Below are positions 1 to 13,230 of a stretch of 64,000 bases of DNA, piece by piece. The stretch covers positions 81,096,001 through 81,160,000 of the forward strand of contig NC_043001.1 of the NCBI RefSeq assembly GCF_006345805.1, given 5' to 3'. The translations under genes were made by a program, and so were the position numbers. Under the pieces are notes generated by a model, which was not told the DNA's origin, did not search any database, and worked only from the letters and a program-made list of their open reading frames with translations. This DNA comes from Octopus sinensis (lineage: Eukaryota). The first letter of the stretch is position 1, and each line of letters opens with the position of its first letter.

Positions 1-199
1 GGTATCCATCATTTCAGATATTCCACTCTCCACAGCAGTTTCATTTTACTCTTTCTGTTACTTCTTTAAATAATATTCTATTTGTATTATAAGGATTAGC
101 AGTTTTTTTACATTTCTTAGTTCAAATCCCTCCAAAGGCAATTTTTTTTTCTTTCCTTTTGTGCTCTAAGAAATATGAACAATTTAAAGTTAGTTATAG

Positions 200-845
200 G
201 TGCAAATATAGTTGTATGGTTAAGAAGCTTGTTTTGCAATCATGTGGTTTCAGGTTCAGTCCTACTACACAGCACCTTGGGCTACTGTCTTGTATTATGT
301 CCTCAATCCAACCAATGACCTGTGAGAAAATTTGGAAAATGGAAACTCTGTAGAAGCCTGTTGTATACATACATGTCTGTGTTGTTCTCCCCTACCACTA
401 TTTGCCCACTGGTGCTCATTTACTTATATCCCTGTAACTTAACAGGTCAGCAAAAGGTACAGATAGAATATGTGCTAGATTTAGAAAATAAAAACTGGGT
501 CAGTTTGTTCCACTAAACTGATGGTTCTCAACCAGGGTCCATATGACCCTTGGGGGTCCATGTAAGATTTTGTTCTTAAAATTTATGTATGATGAATTGA
601 TTTTACTTCTATGATATACAAAATATTTTAGCAATATCTTTTTTTATACAGTTTCTAATAATATTCAAATATAAAAATATAACTGGAATTTTAAACATGA
701 AATAGTTATAAGGGTCCATCTGAGTAAAATAGGAATCAAATGGGTACAAAGGCAAAAATGGTTGAGAAACTCTGAACTAAACCCTTCAAGGTTGTGTCCC
801 AGCATGGCTACCATTCTATGATTGAAGCCAGTAAAAGATCAAGGA
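200..845 (+). mobile_element. tRNA-derived SINE family A (internal microsatellite), decayed, split by MITE
   Basis: Head ggttaagaagcttg...ggttcagtcc...gcaccttggg and tail ccagcatggc...gaagccagtaaaag. Confidence 0.7.
519..774. mobile_element. hAT (Charlie-like) MITE inserted into a SINE
   Basis: TIRs tgatggttctcaacc / ggttgagaaactctg and 8-bp TSD cactaaac / aactaaac. It splits the SINE at 200-845. Confidence 0.75.
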
Positions 846-1227
846 CGTAACCTTGGGCCAAAATGTATTATGATGACCTTGTGTTATTGTTAGAAATATT
901 CTTCTGTCTGAAATACTCTATAAACTATAATGTATTCTGGTGCTAATAGTGATGTATATGTATTGTAATACTAGTTGTAATGCAGACAGAAAAATTGGGT
1001 CAGAAATTAAGGAAAACAGAAGAGACCTTATTTCCTGCCACAAAAGTATTGGCTATAGGAGACAAGGTCATAGAGGTCATTGTCATAGAAATGATTAACA
1101 AGAAAGTAGTCTCCACTTTCCTCTAATCTTAATAGCCACCTATCTCCTATGCACCTCTACATATTTCAACCACACCTTTTTCATTGTCTTTATGTGACAA
1201 GTAAAATATGTGTTTGTATCTCTCTCT

Positions 1228-1417
1228 CTCTTTTACTTGTTTCAGTCATTTGACTGTGGCCATGCTGGAATACTGCCTTTAATCGGGACTTATTCTTTGT
1301 AAGCCCAGTACTTAGTCTCTTTTGCCGAACCACTAAGTGACAGGGACATAAACACACCAGCATCGGTTGTCAAGCAATGCTAGGGGGACAAACACAGACA
1401 CACAAACATACACGCGT

Positions 1418-1470
<53 letters not shown>

Positions 1471-1634
1471 CAACGGGCTTCTTTCAGTTTCCGTCTACCA
1501 AATCCACTCACAAGGCTTTGGTCAGCTCGAGGCTATAGTAGGAGACACTTGCCCAAGGTGCCATGCAGTGGGACTGAACCCGGAACCATGTAGTTGGTAA
1601 ACAAGCTACTTACCACACAGCCACTCCTGCGCCT
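1228..1634 (-). mobile_element. SINE family A, full length, young
   Basis: Reverse complement of ggcgcaggagtggctgtgtggtaagtagcttg...gacggaaactgaaagaagcccg-(TA)n(TG)n-...atgactgaaacaagtaaaag. Confidence 0.85.
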
Positions 1635-2268
1635 ATGTATATTTATATATAGATATTCACACACATTTATGTGCACATGCATGCATGTGTGTGTATATAG
1701 ACACACATGCACGATTACATGCTCATTCATTTTTTATCTTTCCTTTATATTTTACTTGTTTCAGTCATTAGACTGTGGCCATGCTAGGGGACCAGGTCAT
1801 AGGAGTGAAACAGGGTGTATCTCTTTCGTCTGTTTTAGTCATTGATTTCGACTATGCTGAGACCATCACCTTGAAAAACTTAGTTAAATAAATGGATCCC
1901 AGCTTTCATACTTCCTTTTTTTTTTTTTTTTATTTTTTTTTTAAGTTTGATACTTTGTGAAGCCAGTAACTTAAAGGCTATAAACATACTAATGACAGTT
2001 GTCAAGCAGTGGTGGTGGGGGTGACTCAAAGACACACACTTACTGAATGTCTATTTTCCATGCTGGCATGGGCTGGACAGCTTGGCATGCACGTGCACAC
2101 ACATACACATATGTATATGTGTATGTATATGTGCTCAGAGCCCAAAGATTGTTTGAAGACACAGGGCAGTTTATGAAAACCTTCATAACCACATGTCTCA
2201 ATGGCAAGAAACTATTAGTAGCTGTTATTTTAATACAGGGTACATTGAATGATATATGCGCATGTCTA

Positions 2269-2314
<46 letters not shown>

Positions 2315-2315
<1 letters not shown>

Positions 2316-2788
2316 TAAGCAATAAAGGGTTTAGCAACGAATTGCCTTACCACATACCGAATTTAGAAATAGCAGTCAAAGAGTTATAGCTATTTCTTCT
2401 ACTAAAAAGGGAGATCTCAGTAAAAACAGCAATGGAAGGCAGACACAAACAGGTAAGAGAGAATGAATTGACGGCAATCTATCATACAATTTTAAGTTAT
2501 CTACGGACGCGTTTCGAAATCAAGTTTTTAGGAAAGCATAAGATTAAATATTAAATAATTCTACCTTACCAAAACTTCTTTTTCTTCAGCGTAGAATACT
2601 TAATCATAATGATTATATATTGAATTTGAGATACTAGAAGGCACCAACTCAACTCAGTATCAGAGCGAGCTAGAATCCGCAACTAGTATCCCCAAATTCA
2701 AAGTGTGAATGAAAAGATTGTGTCACCAGCCCCTTCCCACCCGCGTGTAGCCAAAACAAGATGCTGTGGTCATCTACTGAGATAAAAT
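2315..2788 (-). mobile_element. Solo ~475-bp Penelope-like/retrozyme-like element inserted in (TA)n
   Basis: Complex, CpG-containing segment bounded by (TA)n on both sides. It contains a hammerhead motif and shares ~32 nt with 50243-50275. Confidence 0.7.
2500..2595 (-). ncRNA. Type I hammerhead ribozyme with long stem II (A10.1-C11.1 mismatch)
   Basis: Minus strand reads UCUACG-CUGAAGA-(67 nt including AAA/UUU and AAGUUUU/AAAACUU pairings)-GAAAC-GC-GUC^-CGUAGA. Stem I is 6 bp and stem III is the palindrome ACGCGU. Confidence 0.75.
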
Positions 2789-3684
2789 ATATATATATAT
2801 ATATGCATGTGTGTGTACATGTATGAATATATATATGTGTGTGTGTATATATATGTGTATGCATATTATGTGAATGTATGTGTGTATATATATATATGTG
2901 AGTGTGTATGCATATATATGTGTATATATGTATGTATACATATATATATATATGTATATATATATATAGGTGTGTGTGTGTGTGTGTATTATATTTTTGG
3001 ATATACTTGTACATATTGTTCATAAGTAGCTATGTTGTTGATGTAACCTCTCCATGGGGGTAGTTTGTTTTATTTCTAATCTACATTGTAGCTCAAACAT
3101 TTTAGTTGTTTTATTTTTTATTGTTTTCAACTAAAATTATTTTTCCTGAAATGTGTGAGTGATATAATAGTGAAATTAAATTGAATGAAATAAGTTTTAA
3201 CACTGGGAGCAAACACAACACCTGACCAACATCAAACCCCAAACTCTTAAAAAAAAAATTAAAAAGACAAAAGTTTATTTAAAAGCATTAAAAAAAAGAA
3301 TTTGCTGCAGACACCCCCATGCCTCACACACACACACACACACACACACAGTACTTCTGCTCTTGACAAAAAAAAATTGGAAAAATGAAAAAGAAAAACA
3401 GACTACAGGATCAATAGCATTAACAGAAACAAACAAAAAAAAAAAACTAAGAAAAATTAGAGCAAAAATAAAAGACAGTCCCATCCATTCACTCATCCAC
3501 CCCATGTCACCATCATCACCATTGGCCTCACCACTTCCACCGCCACACCAAACTGAACTGATTTGTGTTTGAAACCTTAACCTTTAACCTTGCAGCTTTA
3601 AGCTGTATGATGATGGATTTACAAAGTTGGCCAAGCTGAAAGACATTGTTTTTGCTGTTGCTGTTGGTGTCATTATTTTATGTC

Positions 3685-3768
3685 TCTCTCTTTCTGTCTC
3701 TGTCTCCTGCTCTCTCTCTCTCTCTCCCCCTTTCTTCATCTGTCTGTCTCTGTTTCTCTGACTGTTTG

Positions 3769-3814
<46 letters not shown>

Positions 3815-3821
3815 CTTTGCT

Positions 3822-3858
<37 letters not shown>

Positions 3859-3867
3859 GTCTTTGCT

Positions 3868-3936
<69 letters not shown>

Positions 3937-4091
3937 GCTATTTTTACCCTCTCGCCCTCTGTCTATCCCTACAAATGTTTGTTGTTCTCTCTTTCTCTTT
4001 CTGTCTCTCTGACTCCGTTTATCTTGGAAAACTCTCTCCCTCCCTCTCTCTCTGCCAGTTTGCCTGTCTCTCTCCCTCTCTCTCTCTTTCT

Positions 4092-4145
<54 letters not shown>
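3685..4145. repeat. (CT)n/(CTGT)n followed by (TA)n microsatellite
   Basis: Direct reading. Confidence 0.9.
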
Positions 4146-4146
<1 letters not shown>

Positions 4147-4513
4147 TATCAGTCTTTCTTTCTATAATTGTCTGTCTCTCTCTCTCCAATTTTATGTTAT
4201 TTTTATTTGTTTTTAAACATTCTTAATCACATTGTGTCTGTGTGCATGTATATGTGAGCGTGTGCTTTCGTTTATGTTTGTATATGTGTGTATATTCTAT
4301 TGTGTGTCTCTCTCTCCTTGGCTCTACCACCTCCCCCTACCATCCTGCTTATACAAGTTTAATTTTTTTTATTCATTTTCTTTTAAATATTTTTGGAAGG
4401 GGTTAGGTTTTTTTTTTTACTTTTTACTTTGTAAAAACTTAATGGTGTGTTTATAACTAATGACAATCAAATTTCATAGCTTCTGTGTATATATATTTAT
4501 ATGTATGTGTGCC

Positions 4514-4544
<31 letters not shown>

Positions 4545-5399
4545 GTGTGTGTGTGTGTTTGCATGTTAGTGTGTGTATATGTCTGTGTGTAAAATGTATA
4601 TATTTGTATATGTATGTATGTGCATGTGTTTTTATATATGTGTGTGTGTATAGACATATGCATACTCAGATATGTACACACATTTATATTACCATTGTAA
4701 TTTGACAGAGAGAGAGAGAAGGGAAACTTATTTATCCATATGTGATATTTTTCTCTTTATTTTTACTGATAGGTGGTCAGGGATGGGTTGAAGGAAGGAG
4801 GCTGTCATTCTTTACACATAGTTGTTTGATTTTTTTTTCCTCTATACTTTTATTCTTTCATTCATTTACCTATTTTAGTTATTAATATTCATTGAATTTT
4901 GTTCCTGTCATTGTTTTATGGTCTCGCGCCATACTATTAATATAAATTTTTCAATTTTAGGTTGTATGTTTATGCCTGCAACCCCCCTCTTTTGTTTTCC
5001 AATTCTTCTATCAATATAGAATTATTATAATTTTGGAGGGGTTTTTTTTTACGTCCTGCTATTCTTTTATTCATGCTTTTTGCAGTCTCAGGAATAGCAT
5101 TCCAATTTTCCATCTTGGTAACGGTGGTGGTCCTAGTTTTCTCATTATTATTAATATTATTTATTAATACCAGATGGGTGAGTTAGCAGAATTGGTAGAA
5201 CCATCATACCAAAAAATGCTTCAGTATGTTTGCTTTGCTTCCATTTTTTTCCCTCCCTTCTATGGAAGTGTAAGTATGGCTGTATGGTTTAGAAGTTTGC
5301 TTCACAACCTTGTGGTCTCAGGTTCAGTCCCATTGTGTGGTACCATGAGCAGCTGTCTTTTCTATTTTAGGATACTGGCTTCAATCATTAGAATATGAC

Positions 5400-5795
5400 T
5401 ATGTTGACATTTTATCTATCTTTATGTTCTGAGTTCAAATTCCATTGAGGTCAATCAACTTTGCCATCCATTCTTTTGGAATGAACAAAATGAAATACTA
5501 ATGAAGTATTGGGGTGAGTGTAATTAATTAGCTCCCTCCATCAAAATTTTAGGTCTTGTGCCTATAATAGAAAGGACTATCACTATTATCAAGGTAGTAA
5601 GGTGGCAGAACTGTTAACATACCAGGTCAAATGCTTAGTGGCGTTTCATCCATTTTCTACATTCTGAGTTCAAATTCTGCTGATGTCTTTCATCACATCA
5701 GGGTCAATAATATAAATACTTGTCAAGTACTGGGGCCGATGTGATTGATTAACCCCTCCAACCAAATTCCCAGCCATGTGCTTATAAGAGATAAG

Positions 5796-5828
<33 letters not shown>

Positions 5829-6410
5829 GCAAGCAGACAGAACTGTTAGCACGCAGAGCAAAAATGCTTTGTGGCATTTCATCCAATTTTAATGTTCTGA
5901 GTTCAAATTTTGCCGATGTTGACTTTTGTCATTCATCCTTTCAGGGTTAAAATAAGTAGCACTTGAACACTGGGGTCAATGTAATCAACTTATCCCCTCC
6001 CCCATACTTGCTGGCATTGCACTAAAATTTGAAATCATTATCATTATTACATCTGCTTTAGCGAAGGCACAAGTATTGTTTTCAGTTGTGTTTGTTTGTC
6101 CATGGACAAGATATCTCAAGAGCCACTGGATGGATTCAGATGAAACTTTCAGGGATGTTTGGCTTCGTAACTGGCACACACTGATTAGATTTTGGGATTG
6201 ATCCAGTACTGGACAAGAATTCTGGATTATTTTTCTTTTCTTTTTTTTTTACCTAATTTTTGAGAGCATTGGGTTCATTTTTAGTGTTCTCGTTTGTGAG
6301 AGCAGTCGAGATTATTTCAAATATTCACATTTTAAAAATCATCTCTGGTTAATTGTTGGGAAGACATTCATGTTGCCTTGGTGGAGTTTTGTGCTCTCTG
6401 AGTGACCATG

Positions 6411-6442
<32 letters not shown>

Positions 6443-6655
6443 GCAGGAAGATGGCAAATTCATTAGCATTCCAGACAAAATGCTTTGTGGCATTTCTTCT
6501 GGCTTTACATTGAGTTCAAATGTTACTGAGGTCATCTTTGTATTTCGTCCTTCAAGGGGCAATAAAATAAATACCATTTGAGTACTGGGGTTGATGTAAT
6601 TGACTAGCCCCCTTCACCTCAAAATTTCAGGCCTTGTACCTATAATAGAAAGGAT
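5400..6655 (+). mobile_element. Chain of ~4 tRNA-derived SINE family B copies
   Basis: Repeated ggcagaa..gttagca...ttctgagttcaaatt...gccgaggtcgactttgcctttcatcctttc..ataaataagtaccag...ctggggtcaatgtaat...aaaatttcaggccttgtg...(ATT)n. Confidence 0.75.
6045..6410 (+). mobile_element. Helentron-associated interspersed element (HINE), older
   Basis: Pattern ttattacatctgctttagcgaagg...gtttgtttgtccatggacaagatatctcaaga...atgaaactttcaggg...ccttggtggagttttgtgctctctgagtg. Confidence 0.55.
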
Positions 6656-6799
6656 TACTATTGGTAGAGATCGTGGTGGTGAGCATGTGTGCATTTACGT
6701 GTGCATGCACACTATCCAACCTATGCGAGCATGAAAGCTAGATCTTGAATGATAATGCATGTGTGTGTGTGTGTGTGTGTGCATATGTACACACACACA

Positions 6800-6847
<48 letters not shown>

Positions 6848-7988
6848 TTGAGAAAAAAGTTTGTGTGTGTGTATTTTCATGGAAGATTGATGCTAGATAT
6901 GAAAAGGAAACAGTTGCTTGAAATGTTAAGATGCAAAGCTGGGAGATGTGAACTGATTAATGGGGCTTATTTTAGATCTGATGGTTCTTTTTTGTTGTTT
7001 CTGTTTGTATTCAGACATTTCTGGTTATGTGTGATAGATTAATATAGTATGTGTGTTTCCATATATACATAAAAGTTTGTGTGTAAATATATGTATGTAT
7101 ACATGTGTGTGTGTGTATATATATATATATGTGCGTGTGTATATAATATATATTTATTTACATGTGTATATATGTGTGTATGTATATACACAGATATATG
7201 TATGTGTATTAGATATATATCTGTATGTGTGTGTGTATATGTATATATGTATTGTATACATTTGAGCATATATTTCTGGTAATGTGTGATAGATTAATAT
7301 AATATGGATATGTTTTTTTGTCTATATATGAGCTCACACATTATGTGTGTCTGAGAAATGGGTTTCATTCCATGTATTTTATGAGGTTTTCCTTGGGTAC
7401 AGTATGAATATTATATATGTAATCATTATTCTTAGTTTCACAAGTGTCCATGCAACCTGTTTTCTTTTACACTTGCACACACAAACATCTGTACTTACAC
7501 ATACATTTACACATCAATATATACATATAACATAAACACACAGACCTACACAAATATGTTTTTTCATACACAAACGTTCACACACACATACTCATTCACT
7601 CATGCACGCACGCGCACACACACACTCTCTACAAGTATATTTGTATTCATATAAAACTCCTTTGTGTCTATGTCTACACATGTTGTTACATTTAGGCAAG
7701 CACAGTAGATGTACACACCTATAACTCTATTGTATATATATTCTTCTATGTTTAAACATGTGTATCTCTCTCTCTCTCTCTCTCTATCTAATATATATAT
7801 ATATATATATATAATAATGAATAATAGGTGTGTGTATACATGCATGTGCATAGCATATACGTATGTGTATGGTGAGATGGAAAATATACAGAATGAATTA
7901 TGTGTTCTGAGCTGGAAGTTATATTATGAAGGTTACATCATTAGATCTTCTTCACTATGAACTAACGAATTTGATTAGATAACACTGT

Positions 7989-8086
<98 letters not shown>

Positions 8087-8289
8087 ATGATGGGTGTGTG
8101 TCTATGTATGTGTATTTGAAAAAGCTTACACTCTTCCATTCAACGCTTTTTGCATCTTCTAAATATAAGTTCTCTCTGTCTGTGAATATAAATCCAAGAG
8201 TCTCTGCCTTGTATCAGTGTTATAAACAGAATCGTTATTGATGCTGTTGTCATTGTTGTTATCATCATTATTATTATTATTATTATTAG

Positions 8290-8735
8290 TGTGGCGAGCT
8301 GGTAAAATTGTTAGAAATGTAAAGCCTGAAGAAATGCCACCAAGCATTTTGTCTGGCATGCTGAGTTCAAATCCACCGAGGTCAACTTTGTCTTTCATTC
8401 TTTTTGGGTTCAAAGAAATAAGTACCAGTTAAACATCGAGGTCAATGTAATTGACTAACCCCATCCTTCAAAACTGCTAGCCCTGTGCCAAAATTTGAAA
8501 CTATTATTATTTAAGGCAGTGAGCTAGCAGAATCTGTAGCACACTGGACAAAAAGCTTGGTGGTATTTTGCCCGTCGCTTCATTCTAACTTCAAATTCTG
8601 CCAAGGTCAACTTTACCTTTCATCCTTTCGGGATAGATAAAATAAGTACCAGATGAATGCTGGGGTCAATGTAATCAACTAGTTCCCTCCCCTCAAAAAT
8701 CAGGCCTTGTGACTATAGTAGAAAGGATTAATATT
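8290..8735 (+). mobile_element. Two SINE family B copies
   Basis: Family consensus similarity. Confidence 0.75.
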
Positions 8736-8880
8736 GGCATTAGGAAGGGCATCCAGCTGTAGAAAGACTGCCAGATCAGAATGGGCCTGGTGCAGCCTTT
8801 TGGCTTCCCAGACCCCAGTTGAGCCGTCCAACCCATGCTAGCATGGAAAGCAGACGTTAAACGATGATGATGATGATGCT
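8735..8880 (+). mobile_element. RTE-tail-derived non-autonomous element
   Basis: ggcattaggaagggcatccagc...acccatgctagcatggaaagcagacgttaaacgatgatgatg. Similar copies at ~28440-28660(-), 32090-32220, 39030-39215(-), 40545-40740, 49175-49550, 49975-50170 and 59280-59450. Confidence 0.65.
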
Positions 8881-9347
8881 TATTAGGCAGCAAGCTATTA
8901 GGATTGGCATCATGTAGGATTTCTTCCTGTTTTTTACATTCTTAGCTAAAATTCTTTTGAGCATTGACATTGATGTGATCGACTTCTCTTTTGGAAGTAG
9001 ACTTAATCACCTCCACACCGCCTGTTTATATATATATATATATGTATATACATACATATATGTATTCTTTTATTTGTTTCAGTCATTTGGAGCACTGCCT
9101 TTAGTCAAACAAACAACTGATGACGGGAATGTTCTTTGTTGCCTGTTTCATTTCTCTGTTTCTTTCATTGTTCAAAAAAAGTTCATTTTCTATGTTTTTG
9201 TTTTTTATGTTCTCGTTTCTCATTTTGTCTATGTTTTTTTATGTCCTGTACCCATATATGCATGTATATATACATATATGTATGTATATATGCATATATT
9301 TATATATTATTATATGATCGAATGCCATGCATCATTTCCAAGTACGT

Positions 9348-9396
<49 letters not shown>

Positions 9397-9398
<2 letters not shown>

Positions 9399-9562
9399 GA
9401 TGGGCTTCTATCAGTTTCCATCTACCAAATCCACTCACAAAGCTTTGGTCAGCCTGAGGCTATAGCAGAAGACACTTGCCCAAGGTGCCATGCAGTGGAA
9501 CTAAACCCAGAACCATGTGGTTGGGAAGCAACCTTCTTACCACACAGCCATACCTGTGCCTA
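9397..9562 (-). mobile_element. SINE family A head
   Basis: Similar to the 1228-1634 head. Confidence 0.7.
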
Positions 9563-9564
9563 TG

Positions 9565-9690
<126 letters not shown>

Positions 9691-10364
9691 AATGTGAAGG
9701 AAATATCGTGAAGGAATTGGTATCATCTGCAACACCATAAATAAATAAATATGTATATATATGTCTTTTGTAGCAACACAGTAACTTTGCTTGTAAATTT
9801 TTTGACAAATGACTCCATTGAGTGTAGAGGTGTAGGATGCTGTGCACACACACGTGTGTATGTGTCTGTGTATCCACCTATTGCCTTGTAAAAGGAATTA
9901 GAGAGTTTCTGTACGATTTATTATTCTTACTGGTGATCAGATTAGCTGGCAACGGATCTATTACCAAAGACAGATTGTTCTCTGTATGTCCATTTACTCT
10001 GCATCTTCATTGGCTAATGGGAAGAGAAGAGGGTTAGGGCATGAGTTTTACTGTTATTGTTGCAGCTGTATCTCATGCACGAACGTACTCTATCTGTGTA
10101 TCCCTCTCATTCTCCGTCTCTTGCTTTCTCTCTGATATCATCTCTCTTTTTGACAATGGTTGGAAGTGTACTTACTGGTTGAAAAATTGCAGCAACTAGG
10201 CAAGTTTATAGCGAAAACCTTGACAAGTCATGTGTTTAGTGAGTGAGCAACTTTTCGATTAATTAATCTGTGGAGAAGCAAGAAAACTGATGGACAAATG
10301 GGCCATTATTGTCATTGTCAGAGAGAGAGAGAGAGAGGGAGAGGGCAGTTAGTGTCTTAGAAGT

Positions 10365-10490
10365 ATTATATATATATATATATATATATATATCATATAT
10401 ATATATATCATAGATATATATATCATAGATATATATATATTCATATATATATATATATATATAGATATATATATCATAGATATAGATATA

Positions 10491-10543
<53 letters not shown>

Positions 10544-11431
10544 TAGATAATATATATATATATATATCATAGATATATATATATATATATATATCATAGA
10601 GATATATATATATATATATATATATCATAGATATATATATATATATATATCATAGATATATATATATATATATCATAGATATATATATATATATATCATA
10701 TATATATATCATAGATATATATATATATATATATATATCATAGATATATATATATATATATATATATCATAGATATATATTCATATATATATATACCCAT
10801 GCTAGCATGGATAACGGACGCTAAACGATGATGATGATGATATCATAGATATATATATCATATATATATATCATAGATATATATATCATATATATTCACA
10901 TATATATATATATATATATATCATAGATATATATATATCATATATATTCATATATATATATATACTAGCAGTATCGCCCGGCGTTGCTCGGGTTTGTAAG
11001 GGAAATAACTATAAACCATTTTTAGAGAGTTATAGCCAAAAAATGGAAAAAAAATTATGGTAATTTTTTTTTTTAGTTAAAAAGGTCGAGTTGCGTCCCC
11101 TAGACAGTCTGTGGTTTGTGTTTCTGATTCTCGACCCCATGTCGAATTTATCGATTTTTTTCAGAACTGGGGGAACTTTTCAAAATTTTCGCTGCGTTAG
11201 TTTTGAATTATGACATTGGGCTATGTGTGTGTCAAGTTTCATCAGAATTGGTTGAAAGCCGTGGTCAGGGTGAGGGTACAACCTAACAGACACAGACAAA
11301 CTACCGTTTATATATAGAGATATATATATATATATATATCATAGATATATATATCATATATATTCATAGATATATATATCATATATATTCATATATATAT
11401 ATATACATATATATATATCATAGATATATAT

Positions 11432-11493
<62 letters not shown>

Positions 11494-11500
11494 ATCATAG
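10365..11500. repeat. Compound (TA)n / (TA)nTCATAGA minisatellite with nested insertions
   Basis: Recurrent tatatatcatagatata units. An RTE-tail fragment sits at ~10795-10840 and the HINE at 10964-11321. Confidence 0.9.
10964..11321 (+). mobile_element. Non-autonomous Helitron/Helentron-type element (HINE/Lep1-like) inserted in (TA)n
   Basis: Starts ACTAGCAGTATCGCCCGGCGTTGCTCGGG (subterminal hairpin) and ends aagtttcatcagaattggttgaaagcc...acagacacagacaaact...tttatatatagagat. It is CpG-rich and therefore young. Confidence 0.7.
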
Positions 11501-11895
11501 ATATTTGATAAGGTAGTCTTATAAATATTGTCAGTTGTTACTCTTGTCTGAAGGTGAAGATGTAGGTATGACATTCAGAGACCTCAAGCAATTTTCTATA
11601 ACAAAATTACTAGATATCTATCTCAGACTATCCTTAGATTAGAGAACTCCTTACTCTCTCCATCATGTCTTAAGCTTTTCCATTTTGTGCTTAATCGAAT
11701 AGTTTGTGCATACATACTTGACACAATGCTATATACTCTATGTATAGGCACAGGGAAGACTATGTTGTCAAGAAGCTTGCTTCTGGTGTTCAATCCAATT
11801 GCACGGCACCTTGAGAAAGCATCTTCTTCTACAGCCCAGACTTCTATAGCCTTGTGAGTTAATTTGATTGATGGAAACTGTGTGAAGCCATATCA

Positions 11896-11927
<32 letters not shown>

Positions 11928-11949
11928 TCTTTTACTCATTTATTCTTTT

Positions 11950-12275
11950 ATATGTTTCTGCCTTTAGTCAAACAAATCGACCCCAGGACTTATTCATTGT
12001 AAACTCTCTTTTGCCAAACCGCTAAGTTACGGGGACATAAATACACCAACATCAGTTGCCAAGCGATGGTGAGGGTGACACACAGACACACACACAAATA
12101 TATACACATATATATACATAACAGGCTTTTTTTTCAGTTTCCATCTACCAAATCCACTCACAAGCCTTTGGTTGGCCCAAGGCTATAGTAGAAGACACTT
12201 GCCCAAGGTGTCACACAGTGGGACTATACCCAGAACCATGTAGTTGGAAAAGAAGCTTCTTACCACAGCCACCCC
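11950..12275 (-). mobile_element. SINE family A
   Basis: Similar to 1228-1634. Confidence 0.75.
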
Positions 12276-12279
12276 TATT

Positions 12280-12321
<42 letters not shown>

Positions 12322-12489
12322 ATACATATATATACACACACACACATATATACATATTCTATTTACTTTCTTTTGTTCATTTACTTATTTCAGTCATTTG
12401 ACTGTGGCTATGCTGGAGCACCATTTATACATACACTTATATCCTTTCTACTATACACACATAAGGCATAACATTTTGATGAGGAAAGG

Positions 12490-13230
12490 GCTCAGCTGGT
12501 AATTTCATTAACTCCAAAAGGATAAAAGGCAAAATCAGCCTCAATGACATTTGAACTCAGAATGTAAATCTGGAGGAAATCCCACTAAGCATTTTGTCTG
12601 ATGTGCTGACAATTCTGCCAGCTTGCCACATTAATAATAATAATAATATTAATATTGATTTCAAATTTTGGTGCAAGTCCAAACAATTTCAAGGAGGGTA
12701 TTAGTCGATTAGATCACCCTTAGTGCGTATTTATTGATCCTGAAAGGGATGGTCAGCCTGGTGGTATAGTGATTCTTCCGGCTCACTGCTTTAATAATGA
12801 TTTCAAATTTTGGCACAAGGCCAGAAATTCTGGAGAAGGGGCTAAGTCAAGTGCTCAACTGGTATTTATTTTATCGACTTCAAAATGAAGAAAGACAAAG
12901 TTGACCTCGGCAGAATTTTAGCTCAGAATGTAAAGACAGACAAAATGCTGCTAAGCATTTTGCCCAAGATGCTAATGATTTTGCTGGCTCCCCATTCAAA
13001 AAAAAAAATAATAATAATCCTTTCCACTAAGGGCATAAGACCTGAAAATTTGGGGAAGGGGACTAGTCAATTACATTGACCACAGTGTTCCACTGGTACT
13101 TAATTTTTGAACCCCAAAAGGATAAAAAGCAAAGTCGACCTCAGTGAAATTTGAACACAGAAATTAAAGACAGATGAAATGCTACTAAGCATTTACCAAG
13201 TATGCTTGTGATTCTGCCAGTCACCACCCG
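12490..13230 (-). mobile_element. Chain of ~4 SINE family B copies
   Basis: Reverse-complement family similarity. Confidence 0.7.

Noticed and set aside
3646-4226. Long Leu/Ser, Arg/Glu, Ile/Tyr, His or Thr-rich ORFs here and throughout the track
   Set aside because: They are translations of di- and trinucleotide microsatellites.
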